NCBI RefSeq assembly: GCF_000485595.1
Contig: NW_014577066.1
Location: 518,930 to 582,929 of the forward strand
From: Priapulus caudatus
Lineage: Eukaryota
Direction: 5' to 3'
Length of the DNA stretch: 64,000 bases
The notes under the pieces: model-generated
The model's database searches: none
Told to the model about the DNA's origin: nothing
The model's input: only the letters and a program-made list of their open reading frames with translations
Shown: positions 14,401-26,600 of the stretch, piece by piece
Layout of the letters: the number at the start of each line of letters is the position of its first letter
How positions within the stretch are numbered: the stretch's first letter is position 1
Program-made: the position numbers and the translations under genes

Positions 14401-15700
14401 CACGCCGCGGCCCACTACACGTGCCACGCCGCGGCCCACTACACGTGGCTCCACCTATCGGGAGTCCCTGCCGGTCGAGACGCCATCAACACGCCCTACG
14501 CCGGGGCCCATCGCAGCGCCGGTTGATTTCGGCTCGCGGCCGGTCACCGGCGTGGCGCAGAGAATAGGTTCCACCCGGCGCTCGCACCAGCGAATATCCA
14601 GACGGCCACTACCGGCCACCAGACGGCGCCCGAGAACGCGCACGCCTCGACCGACCGATCCGACGACGGTATACACGACCGACGCGACGACGACGGAGAT
14701 ACCTACGGAGCCGACGACGGAAGTGACGACGGCGCCGCCGACAAGGCGTCCCTTCCGCCGACGTCAGTCGTTGGTTGCACACCAGCAGCGCCTTCAGAGA
14801 ATCTCAGCGGGCCGACGACGACCCCGGCCGGTGCCGACACGAACAGGGCGACCACAACCGCCACCGACGACGACGACGACCACCAGACCGACGACGACAA
14901 CAGAGGCACCGGTGGTGCGCCCGACAACGCCGGCATTCGAACGTAAGTTTCCGGTTAAGTTGTCCGTTAAACGCTCTGTTCATGGTGAGGCGCGACAGTA
15001 CAGCCGCCGTTAACTCGCAGACGATAGTTCCACCGTCTGCCCGCGTCGCTGCGCTTCCTTGCGACGAACGCCACCTTGCGGCAGCCCCGGCGTTTGAGTA
15101 TTTGATGCCACATGCCGGGGGAACTTTTCTATTTGTGCTACCACAATTACTTCAGGTACTAATCGAAAGTAACAAGTCTTTCTGACAAAATCAAATTTCT
15201 ACCCAACTTACACACCCTATGTACGAGCGAAAAATTTATACGAACAGCAGGCTAGCATCCATGCGATAGCCAGCGACTGTACTACTCTGCAACACTATTC
15301 TAGGGACCGATCTTATTACATAAAAAATCGCATTTTGCTGTTGCCCACCGAACACATTATTGTCCTAAGAGACTGCATGGTTAGCCGTTGAACATTGGCT
15401 GCTAGGCGCTGTTTGCCATCGGGTTGATGGTTGGGCGTGCGCGTGACCTCTGGCGTTTTCTCTCACAGCGCCGGGACCACGTAACTTCGCTGCGTCGTGC
15501 GAGGGTTACTGGTCGTACCCGGAGGCGTGTCCGGCGTCGCAATGCGACTACGCCATACACTGGATCTACGAGGCGCTGCAAGATAGGGTCAAATTCACCA
15601 TCACGGTGCCGCAGGGCAAGTGGGTGAGCGTTGGCTTCTCGAAGAACGGACGCATGGTAGGTATAGACAGACAAACGCTTATTATGCGTACTCTGCCTCC

Positions 15701-15754
<54 letters not shown>

Positions 15755-16125
15755 GATCTATGCTACACCCATGAGCCACTGGGATCGTGGCAGATCTTGC
15801 GGTAGTGAGTTGGTTTTTACACCGACAGGTTTATTGGTTGAGGTGGGCTCTCTCTCCGAAAGTAGCTCGAGTGAAATTGAAATCGCTTGCGGGTGGTTCG
15901 GGTTGGGATGGAGGTGTTATATGTACTGAACAAGGTGATTGGCTGAGGCATATTCTATCAAAGTGTAACTGCAGTATGCGATTCTGTACCCTTACAGGTA
16001 TTTGGGGTGGGGTCGTTTTATTGACCTTGTTGATGGGTTAGAGGTCAAGATTTGGTAATCCTTTAATTAGGAATAACTCTCGTGGAATATTATGGGACAT
16101 ATACAAACTATTATACGAATAATCA

Positions 16126-16159
<34 letters not shown>

Positions 16160-19100
16160 TGATTATTCGTATAAATATGTCACAAATTCCACGTTGTTGC
16201 ATATTAGTTGGCTGGACTATTTTGTGATTAGATTGCCAGTTTCAATGTGTGTGTGAATAACATTTACAATTTGCGCTCTCTCTCTGTGCGTTGCAGAAAG
16301 ATACGGACATCGCATTCGGCTGGGTGACACCTGACGGCCTGGCGAGGCTCTTTGACGGGTAAGCGTACGAGATATCAGCTGGGAGTCTATCAATTAATCT
16401 ATTGATAGACTCCTGGAGATATTAGCAATCACGGGCGGGCGTAGACTATAGCCACACCAGGCGCGCCCAGGCAAAGGATGTTGTTGAATCGGTAATTCGG
16501 AAATTTTGTCGTCGGGTTAAGCGCTTCACCTACCGTGGCATCTATTTTGAGTGCCCGCCTAGTTGGCCTCAATGACGGGCCGCCACGTGTAGAATAATGA
16601 TGATACTAATAATAATAATAATAATAATAATAATAGTTAATTTTATTGTTATCATTATTATTATCATCATCATTATCAGCAGCAGCAGCATTATCACATT
16701 CTTTTGTAATATAGTTCTCTATTCGTTATATATCTGCGTCCACTAGTAGGACGGGGCACGCGTCTGTTCTACACGCTGTGTGACATCGTGACAACCGATC
16801 AATCGTGCATTGTCCTTAACTCTAGCCGCGTGTCACCTGCAGGTTCCTCACCGGTTACCGGCCGCCGGTCGTCGCCGAATCGAACGACCTGCAGTTCGAC
16901 GAGGCGCGTCTGGCCAACGGCGTGCAGACGCTTATCTTCTGGAAGCCTCGCACCGGCCTCATAAACGACCTGACGCTCAACGGCGTGCACCTCGTCTTCC
17001 CGCACAAGCCAGGCACGTACGACACGAGCAAGCCCGAGCTGCCGACGATCAGCAAGCACGAGCAGACGCCTGTCGTCGGACCGAAGGTCAACTTCAGGAC
17101 GTGCCGCCTTGACTTGTCGCGGATTCAGTCGCAGCCGCGCGTCCGGGCGCCGGCGACGCGGCCGACGCCAATCGTACGCCAGGCACTTGACCGGTCCGGC
17201 AAGGACTCGGAGCCATTGAACAGCCGGCTTACGCCCACGCGCAGCCAGCAGCAACGAACGGGGTCCGCAGCAACGACAAGTCAACAGCGACTCGAACAGA
17301 GTACAGTAGCAAGAGGGACGGGTCAACAACAGTCTGGACAAACAACACTTACACAGGTGGGAGGTCAACAAAGATTCGGACAGACTACATCTGGAAGCGG
17401 AACAGGCCAACAAAGATTCGGACAGAGTACAACAGCAAGAGGGACGGGTCAACAACAGTCTGGACAAACAACACTAACACAGGCGGGAGGTCAACAAAGA
17501 TTCGGACAGACTACATCTGGAAGGGGAATAGGTCAACAAAGATTTGGACAGAGCACATCTATAGGTGGAATAGATCAACAAAGATTCGGACAGAGTACTG
17601 CTAGTAGGACTGGTCAGCAACAGTTCGGACAGAATACCAATGGCCGCGGCATAGCGCAGAGGCAGAGCTTTTCGACACAGACTAGCGGTCAGCGCCTCGT
17701 ACCAAGTACGTCTGCACAAGTAAGATCTCAGCAACAGTTCAGTTCAACGCAGCTTGCGTCTCGTCCGCAGAGCGGTCAGCGGCAGGGTTCCCTGTCTATC
17801 ACTAGCAGCAGCTCGCGGCCGCTTCCATCGTTCTCCACGCTAGCACGACCTGCGCCCAATCGCGGCTTAAGTTTGGGACAACGACAAAGCATCCTCAACA
17901 CGAATCGAGCGACCAACAATGTCCCACGAGCAACGACTCCTCGACCCGGCTCAACGACAAAGGGTAGGAACAACTATAATTATCTATTAACGAGTATATC
18001 ATTTCAGTGCCTAACCTGTTTTCGACTGCGTGTACGGAGACAGTGTGGGTTCTTGCCCTTTTTGGGACCGCAGTGTTTCAGCATTTAAAATATATATTAT
18101 TATATGCATTGCACTCCTTGCCAAACACCGTGACAGTGTTGACAGTGCCAAACACCAAAAATCAGATATTATTAGAAGTAGAGGATTATATTCTTATTTC
18201 ATTTTCGCAGTAAAACTGCAATTACAGTTAAAAGATCGTCTTGGAGAGTTTGGTAGTCCAAGAAATTGTGCCCCAGTAGGAAAAATCAAAGGTCACTAAC
18301 TTTGTAACTGAACCACTCGGGACACTTTATCTGGAACTGACATTTTTGTAACCCCACTGTGTGCATGCATCCCTGGACGAGTGCCACTGCCCTAAGAGAA
18401 TAACATTTCCCGCGTATTTTTTGCATTTCCTGAATACTATTGATATGGGCTTCAGGATTTAGTAAATCTGAGTGAATATTGGCGCGCAACTCGCATAGCC
18501 AGGTCGGCTATTTGAAACTTACGTAGTACTAGCATAGTGGTAGCATAGTAACGCCTTATAACTCTATTAGCTCACAAGGATTAATCTTCAAGGATAATAA
18601 GTCCAAGAAACAGTGCCGAAGACGGAGATACCCAGAAGATCTCTGAGACCTCTGATCGAAGCTCTATCATTATGCATAGTATCAAAACGGATAAAAACAG
18701 ATAATACCCTTAAACGAATAATATAATATCACACAAGCAAGCACCTTTGATCATATAAACCGCGACGTTAGCACATTTGTATCACAACGTCAATATTAAA
18801 ACCCCATCGGTTTCAAATGACATTACGAAAAATACACGGTTAACCTTAATCATTGTTTCGTTTACCTTATTTCTACAGGGTCGCTATTGTTTCTGGGAGA
18901 GTTGAGGAATTTCTCTCCAAGCGGAATACGAGGAAAGATCTACGGTATAGACCGCAAGCAGATAGGGTTGTCCGGCTTTGTTTTCGACCCATTCAGAGAA
19001 TCATGTAGAGGTAAGACTGCATCTAGATTTGGTAATCACCATACGAGCATTATTAGCTAACATCATCTCTTGGCTATGACTAATAGCCGCGAACAACAAT

Positions 19101-21254
19101 ACGTATACACTGCGCTAGTTACCAGAAACGTAAATAGTATTACGACTATTATAAAACAGAAATGCTATAACTTCTGCAAGACACGTCACTGCAAAACGTG
19201 CGTTATTTTAAACTTGTATGTCATGACTACTTAATTACATGCTGTTTCTGATAATGGGCCCGTGGTGTTTGCACGGAGTTATACGCTGTTCATTATACTG
19301 CATTAATTACGTGTTGCAGATCCCGTGTTCTACATCGGTGTACATGACCACCGATCCGAGCTGCTCGCTAATCAGAAATCGGGAGCCATTCAGCAATGTC
19401 CAGGCGAGTTCGGCATACAAGTTCCGGACGAAAACAAAAGGTACAGTCACTTAATGAAAACTGTTATTACTGGCGCTAACATTCCATCATTCACTGCGTC
19501 TTATTCTTATCTTCATCTAATTGCGGGGTGTTCAGGCGCTTTTTGTCTAACGAAGTTGTGTCTACTATGCCTTGCCATAGTGTTTATATATGCATATATG
19601 CATATATGTATATATGCCTTATCTATGCATAATTGCGACAAGTTATTGTATATTGTGGTATGTATTGACGCTAATGAGAAATATAATAAATATGTGAATA
19701 TCTAACCGACGTAGTTCTATCGATTTGCGAGATCGATATGATCTGACTATATACCGATTAGAACGTTACGTGCAACATAAACACTATGAAGTCCCTTCTA
19801 AGACTTGCTTCGGGTACCTACTATAACGTCTGATGTCTTAGCTAGATATACACCAGTCTATGGAACACGGTGCTGTAACGCAGCGGAAGGTTGGGGGGTC
19901 TGAGGTATCGCTAGCGCCCTATCCATCTCAAAGGTTCACGCTGCCTACTGTGACACATATCCGACGGAGTAGTATATCTGGGGTCCAAGTCCAAACCAGC
20001 TTCACTCCCGCCTACAGCACACGATACAATTAACGACGCAGAGCGGGATGAGTGTGCACACTCGTGTAACAATTAACGACGACATTTCTCTTCAGCCTGC
20101 AACCACTGCGAAGACGTTATAATGGCCAGAACATCGTACTGCTGCTTCCCGACGGAGTGGAGACGATTCAGCTGCAGTGGTTATCGCTCTGGTGTAGAAG
20201 CACCAACACCGACCTCGCTAGCGCCGTCTTCCCTGGCGAGGCTCTCCGGCCTGTACCACCAGAGGGCGTTACATCTTTGCAAGTACGCATCACTGTCATA
20301 AGTCACGTAGTTATAGGAGTCATAGGATGTAGAGTATACTTACTACTACCCATATACTACTTACACTACATAAATACTACTATGCTGCATAATAAGAATA
20401 TGTAGAATAATAGTGTAGATGCTACAATCCTTGGACTGAAATTATATTTATGGCACCTCAAACCTGTTAAGGGTCTTCGCCTCTCTTCTTCCCACCAATA
20501 TCTTTACCATTCGACATCACTCTGTCTGGTGGCTCTTACTACCACTTCTTTCACTTACTCACTCTACCCTCCGCTTTCTGTCCCCTTCTTCGACCACTTT
20601 TCCTGCGCCCTCTAATTCTACATCCCTATCGCTTCTCGCTTCTTGCACTTCACTCTCGCTCCCTTCCTGTACCTCTGTCTCGGCTCCAACCATGTAACAC
20701 CTGCCGTCTATCGCTCTCTTTCTCTTTCTCTATCCCTATCCCTTGCAATTCGCATTCTTCCTGCGTAGGTCATATATGCCGGTCTCTGCAATCGACGATC
20801 TCCACGAATAATCTCGTCATTATGTGTTGGCTTGTCAACCAGTGCCAATATATGTGGCATTTTGCATTGCAGGGAGACGGCGTTTCCAGTACCGAGTTAG
20901 CCACGCTCAACGCGTCGACAGTGGGCATCGCTGGCCTACGCTACAACAGAAAATACGAGTGTAAGATGTTTATGCAGCTTCGAATGCAGTCGCGTTTTCC
21001 GGAGAGTATTTACGAATCGGCGATCACTATGGCGACGCTATGTCTATACTTGCTACGTGTTTGGACGATAAGCGGTCTGTAAGTTGTCCGTAGATGATGA
21101 ATACCGTTGTTTTTAAATGTTGCAGCTACCTTCTTCGTCGTGGGAAAATCAGGGGGAGAAACTCCGACGAAGGAAAACATCGTGTCGATCGTACCTGATG
21201 AAAATGGCGAGCTGTAAGTACCGAGAATAGAGCGAGGCACACGCGCGCACGCGC

Positions 21255-21307
<53 letters not shown>

Positions 21308-21387
21308 CACACACAGGGAGACTTAAGAATTGAGAGTAGAGAGGCAGAACAAAAATAAAACAGAAGCAGAGAGAGAGAGAGAGAGAG

Positions 21388-21429
<42 letters not shown>

Positions 21430-21631
21430 GAGAGACGAGAGGAGAGAGAGAGAAGAGAAAAGAGAGCGAGCGAAGGAGAGCGAGACTAAGAGGGGATGCC
21501 TGTTATTACGTATGTGTTTTGGGAGAAAAGAGCAAGGTGTAGAGGGAGAGCGAGAGAAATGGTTAGACAAAAGGAGGAAAAGGAAGAAGGAAAGAAAGAA
21601 AGGTGAGAAGGAGAAAGCGAGGCGAGGGAAG

Positions 21632-21713
<82 letters not shown>

Positions 21714-21966
21714 GAGAGAGGGATAGAGCGCACAGATATAGAAAGACCATATAATTCGAGTACGGTAATTGTAACATCGATTAATTGAATTAAAAAAAAA
21801 TTTCAGCGACACGAATGGCATTGGACCATACAACGGAGACAAAATCGTCATTCTAGATCTGCCTGCAGGACTTACATGGCTCGATGTAGACTACTTTGCC
21901 ATTTTTACATATAAGCAGTGCAATCCAAAACCACTCGTCTGGTTGCGTATCAAAGTCGAAGAATAA
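8401..21966 (+). CDS. Multi-DOMON/DM13 protein (3x DOMON + low-complexity linkers + 2x DM13), Knickkopf/Skeletor-related; 5' exon(s) not located
   Basis: 15 AG/GT-bounded, phase-compatible exons: 8401-8552, 10949-11010, 11562-12202, 12850-13004, 13370-13431, 13861-14942, 15469-15656, 16297-16358, 16843-17963, 18879-19010, 19320-19440, 20096-20282, 20873-20960, 21126-21213, 21807-21966 (TAA). The total of 4301 nt stays in frame. DOMON motifs occur three times (e.g. [35 protein letters not shown]). DM13 motifs occur twice ([16 protein letters not shown]..; [48 protein letters not shown]). The first visible exon needs a phase-1 upstream exon. Confidence 0.85.
12465..12770. repeat. (TTCA)n/(CCAT)n/(CCGT)n compound microsatellite (intronic)
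   Basis: Simple repeats. Confidence 0.9.
13472..13627. mobile_element. Small Mutator-like MITE
   Basis: ~45-bp TIRs (ggcgcaaatccactttaggcac..catcacgaagtgatgca / tgcatcacttcgtgat..gtgcctaaagtggatttgcacc); 9-bp flanks atttcttag / atttcttgg (8/9 match). Confidence 0.6.
21240..21720. repeat. (GCAC)n/(CA)n/(GA)n microsatellites (last intron of the DOMON/DM13 gene)
   Basis: Simple repeats. Confidence 0.9.
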
Positions 21967-22621
21967 TAACTGTAGGAGTTGATGATTATATGTACGATTT
22001 TCAGAAATATATCGCGCTTATTAAATACGTCCGATTGTAATGTACTCATGGAGCATAAACGGGTCTATACTGTAGACCTAAGTATCAAATAAGAGGCAGC
22101 GAAAAGATGCAACGTTTTGCTTTCCGAAGCGGGGAAAACATCACTCGTGATCTTCAGTAAAGTAGCTTTCGTGTAGAAATATGTTCATACATATCATTAA
22201 CGGAAGCACTCGCCTCGCATGTTTGGGCATTTGTTTATCCGTGTGTTTAAAAGCAGCCGATTACATGCTATATATGTGCAATACGCAACATCTTGTTACT
22301 GAGGACGGCATAGGCTGGTACCTCTGTTACATCACTTAAGCAGTGTCTGCATATACATTGATAGCATGGAGCCATACATAACAAAGTGTACATATACAAG
22401 CTTAGCCATCACCTTACGCTTACCATCGACGATCGCGGTCACCACTATTAGAGAGTTATAGATTGTTAAAATAACCGCGTACCAGCCAACACGCAATTGT
22501 AACTTAAATACTGTTTCATAGGAATTAATCTGGATATTTTATTAATATTCAAACGTATTTTACTGTAGTGTGCATTTTCTGTGATGGGACCAGGACGATA
22601 CATGATCCGTGCGCATTTTGA

Positions 22622-22627
22622 AATAAA
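22622..22627 (+). terminator. Candidate polyadenylation signal of the DOMON/DM13 gene
   Basis: AATAAA about 650 nt after the stop codon, followed by GT/T-rich sequence. Confidence 0.35.
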
Positions 22628-23516
22628 GAGGCTGTACGTTTGTTCGATAATTTCTGAATTTGAGCTTTATTATTCAATTACGCATTAGTAAATGGGCGAG
22701 CCCCATGCATAATTGTGGTCATACTTGGTTTTTTATTTACTTATAATTCAAGAATAACGCGAAAAGGTTACGGAGGGGGCTCGGGGACTCAATATTATGT
22801 TGGATGTGGTGCACAAATAAGACAAGCACGCACGCACACGCGCGCACGCACGAACGCATGATATTGCGAATAAGTGAATGCCACTACACGTAAGTCAAAT
22901 ATAACAGCTCCACAGGAGTTAAAAAAGCCCGAGTGCTGTGTAGCATGGCTGTGAAAGATGAGGATAGTTGATCTGCGACACCTTTCTTCTGTTTACTAGT
23001 TTACGTATGTCCTAGCATGCTACACAAAACTACAAAGTAGGTAGCAGAATGGATTACGACTGTCATGAGTCTAAAATGCCGTATCTTTTTTTTACAACTA
23101 TAAAAGCTGAGTGCAGGTAAATTTAGGCTTATGATAACAAGGATATAACAGAGGCTCAGGGCCATATGGTTTTATGTAGCGTCCGCTTTTGCATGGTTGT
23201 GTGGTTGCATGCTAGGCAATGAATCATGACCAGCGTTATGTCTTATTTCTCATTACTTTCTTTTCTGCTTTGCATATTATACATAATATTTACACATTTT
23301 CAGATACTAATGTAAATGTATTGCCTTTTATACAGACTACAAAACAATTTCATGACAATCTACCATTTTACCTTAACAACGGCACGCATCATCTCGTTCC
23401 TCAAACCAAAGAATCAAGTGAAACCCTCATAGACACAGCCACAAGAGACTTTTGGATTTCTGATTTAACATTTAATCAAGTTGCAAGACAAAAAATAAAA
23501 CGGCATAGAAAACCTG

Positions 23517-23522
23517 TTTATT
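23517..23522 (-). terminator. Candidate polyadenylation signal of NOL6
   Basis: AATAAA on the - strand about 105 nt after the NOL6 stop. Confidence 0.4.
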
Positions 23523-23627
23523 AAATTTTCAGTTCGCACACGATACTCAGTTGCTCAACTTGATGGTCAAAACATAAATGTAGTATAAACGTAGCATTCG
23601 TACGTTGTAAGACCAGTCCTTCTGTTC

Positions 23628-26600
23628 CTACACCCACTGTTCAGTCCTGCAGTCAATTGTCTTCACCAAGCCCTTTCCAATTGTAGCAAAGTCCTCTATA
23701 ATGGCCTCGACATTAGGGGCCAACTTGCCACCACTCTCAGCCACAGGAATTCGGCTATTGAAGTGAGATACCTACAAAGAACAGACAACATATGGTAAAG
23801 TGAGGGGCTACACATTTTCGTACTCACCAAAAATTATTCTTGTCCATATTATTATGCCTGTTAAGTAAAAATAAAAAAAGGTCAAACCATTATTTAGGCT
23901 CCTAGCTATCCTAAATGGAGAAATTAATGTATATCATACTTTATATTTTGTCATTTTGGCCTAACTGCATACATATGGGCACGGGTACATCTGCATATTT
24001 TGTCTAATTCCAATGTGATGGGTTATGATGATAGTAAACCTGATTAACTATAAAAGATTTACTGAATAATTGGTATACATTTTTTAACCTACACAATGAA
24101 GGTTAATTATTAGTTAGCTAGCATGTGATGTAGCTATTTCAATTACATAATAATACCCAATGCATGGGAGTGAAGTATATCTACCCTACGTTGAAACATG
24201 TTATTGGATTGAATATTACCTCCAAAATTGCAGTCTATAAGCATATTTCATTCTGTTATTATATTCGTAAAAACAATGAAGTGTTATTCAGAATCATACG
24301 CTAGGAATTCAACCTGCAAAGAAACCTGGGGCCGCCTTGCATTTACTGACCTTGGCTTCGGCTGCACAAAATGCATAAGGTTTCCACAGTACACCAATTT
24401 TGTCTCCGCCATGTGTGTCATGGAAAAACAGAGCAAATGCATCGTACGTCTCCTGAAAAAGAGGGTAATCGCGAGTCATTGAGGCAAGCAGCAACCACGT
24501 CATAGAGTGTCAGGCTCATGTCTCTATACACCCTTTATTGTATCGATCCAAGTCTTAAACACTGGCTGAATGAGACATTAACAAATACAGCCACACCTGT
24601 AACTAGATACATAACCATATGTACCTAGCTACATCTATGCTACAAACACCTATCTCACCGTGAGTACGCAACCACACAAATATAACACTACAACACACAC
24701 CCACAAGGACGCAGACACGTGCACGTGGCTACGAGTACGCCACCAAACGTGCGTAAATACCATCAAGCAACCACGAGTGCATAACGACGATGTACACGTA
24801 GCTCGCGAACAAAACTACCGATGGTCGATCGTGTTCCTGAAGGTGCGAGGAGGCACATCACACACTCACCCGCAACTCGGCTAGGTAGCACTGAGCAGGG
24901 TCGAAGTCGAGGACAGGCATCTTTTCGTCGACGTGTCTCGTGTATGGCTTAAGCCACGGCAGACGCGTTCCCGTGGCGACGTCAACCGCGTGGTGGCGCC
25001 GGGGTAGCAACTTGCCCTCCAGGTGAATAACGACGTCGTACATCTCCAGCGGCGGGCGGAATATTTGCTGTAACACCATCATCGCATGTGTCAGTGCTCA
25101 GCAGGGTCGAATGTGACATTTTGAGAGGCAAGAAAAAAATTCGAAAACTCGAAGACAAGTGTTGCCTCAAGTTTCTGATCAGCTTTAAGCAGTATTACTC
25201 AGATATTTTAGGGCATTATAGCAGGTTTGTGAAGCACCAAGGCAAAAATTCTCTTCAAAGCAGGGACATTAACGAAACTTACGAATGCTTTTTATCAATG
25301 CTTTCTATATAGGAATTGAAAAAAAGGGATATATACGTAACATTTATCAGGATTTCATAAAACAAGCACAAGGCAAACCAGAACATTGGCAATTACGGTT
25401 CAGTTTGTTGCGATACATATTATCCACTGTACAATAAAGTAGGGCAACAACTACAAAGCAAAAATTGTTAATAGTGCTAGGAAAAAAATGCATCCATTTT
25501 TTTCAGGCAGGTTAATATAAAGATTTGGAGTAAATTGTGTAGATTTGGCCAACAATTCTGTTACCACGCATTTTTAATAACCAGGATTGTGAATTGATAA
25601 AGTTAAAAGCACGTCAATGGCACCAAAATAGTGTTACACTGCAAGTGTTAACCGGCCTACTGCCCCCCACCTTGAAGTCCACCTCTGTGGCGCCCTCTAG
25701 CAGCTGCTGCTCCAGTGTTGGCGCTGCAGCCTGCGCTAGCTGCACGAGTCGGGCGAGAAGCTGCGGGCTGGGCATCTGCCGTGTCCACAGCGCCACCTGT
25801 GGGCTGTACGCCGTCACAATATACATGGCGGCGAGCGTGCTTCGCTGCGACGTGAATGCCCCCTGGATCGCAGAGTAGTCGTCCGCTGTGGAAACGACAA
25901 TCATGACCATCACGAGAGTCTAGAGCGCACGGCTATGACAGCAATGCCACGTTGCAAACGACCGAGTCTGAAGTATTCCTAGGTCTAGCTGTGCACATGT
26001 GCTGCCTGATTGAAAAGTACTGCACACATGCGCTGTGATGAAATACGTCTGCCACGAAGCAACGCTGATGAAAACAGAAGAAAACGCGAGAAATCTTAAT
26101 GATACGTTTACACTACCGATTTTTGTCAGCAAATAGCCTCTCCATTATGACAATAAATGGGTGTGTGTCGGAAACGCATAAATTACCATTGCAATATATA
26201 ACACTAAATTAGAAAACTTTTTGTTGTTTCTACACAGTAATGAGAAGGGAAAGGAGAAAGATATGGCCAAATCACTGTTTACCACGCTTCAAATGGGGGG
26301 GAACCTAAACATGAGTGTGAAAGAAATAGATGCAAAATAAAATTAGTACTAGTGTGAATGAATTATTCCTGTATCACACAATGAACAATAATTCACATTG
26401 TTTTCATCAAAATAGCAATGACAACAATGTAAATAACTGTTACTGTCATCATTTTTGTTAATTTATCTCTGATAATAGCTGTGTTCACACGAGATACATG
26501 GCCTCGCTGGTTTCGTAGTTATCTGGTGCTGAATTCCGCTGAAATACCGTGCTAAGACAACCCGGAGCGTTCACACGAGAATCGAGGCTTAGCTGGCTAG

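Noticed and set aside
17360..17630. Repeated QQRFG motifs suggesting an RFamide neuropeptide precursor
   Set aside because: The Gly is followed by Gln, not the K/R cleavage site needed for amidation, and the repeats lie in an inter-domain linker.
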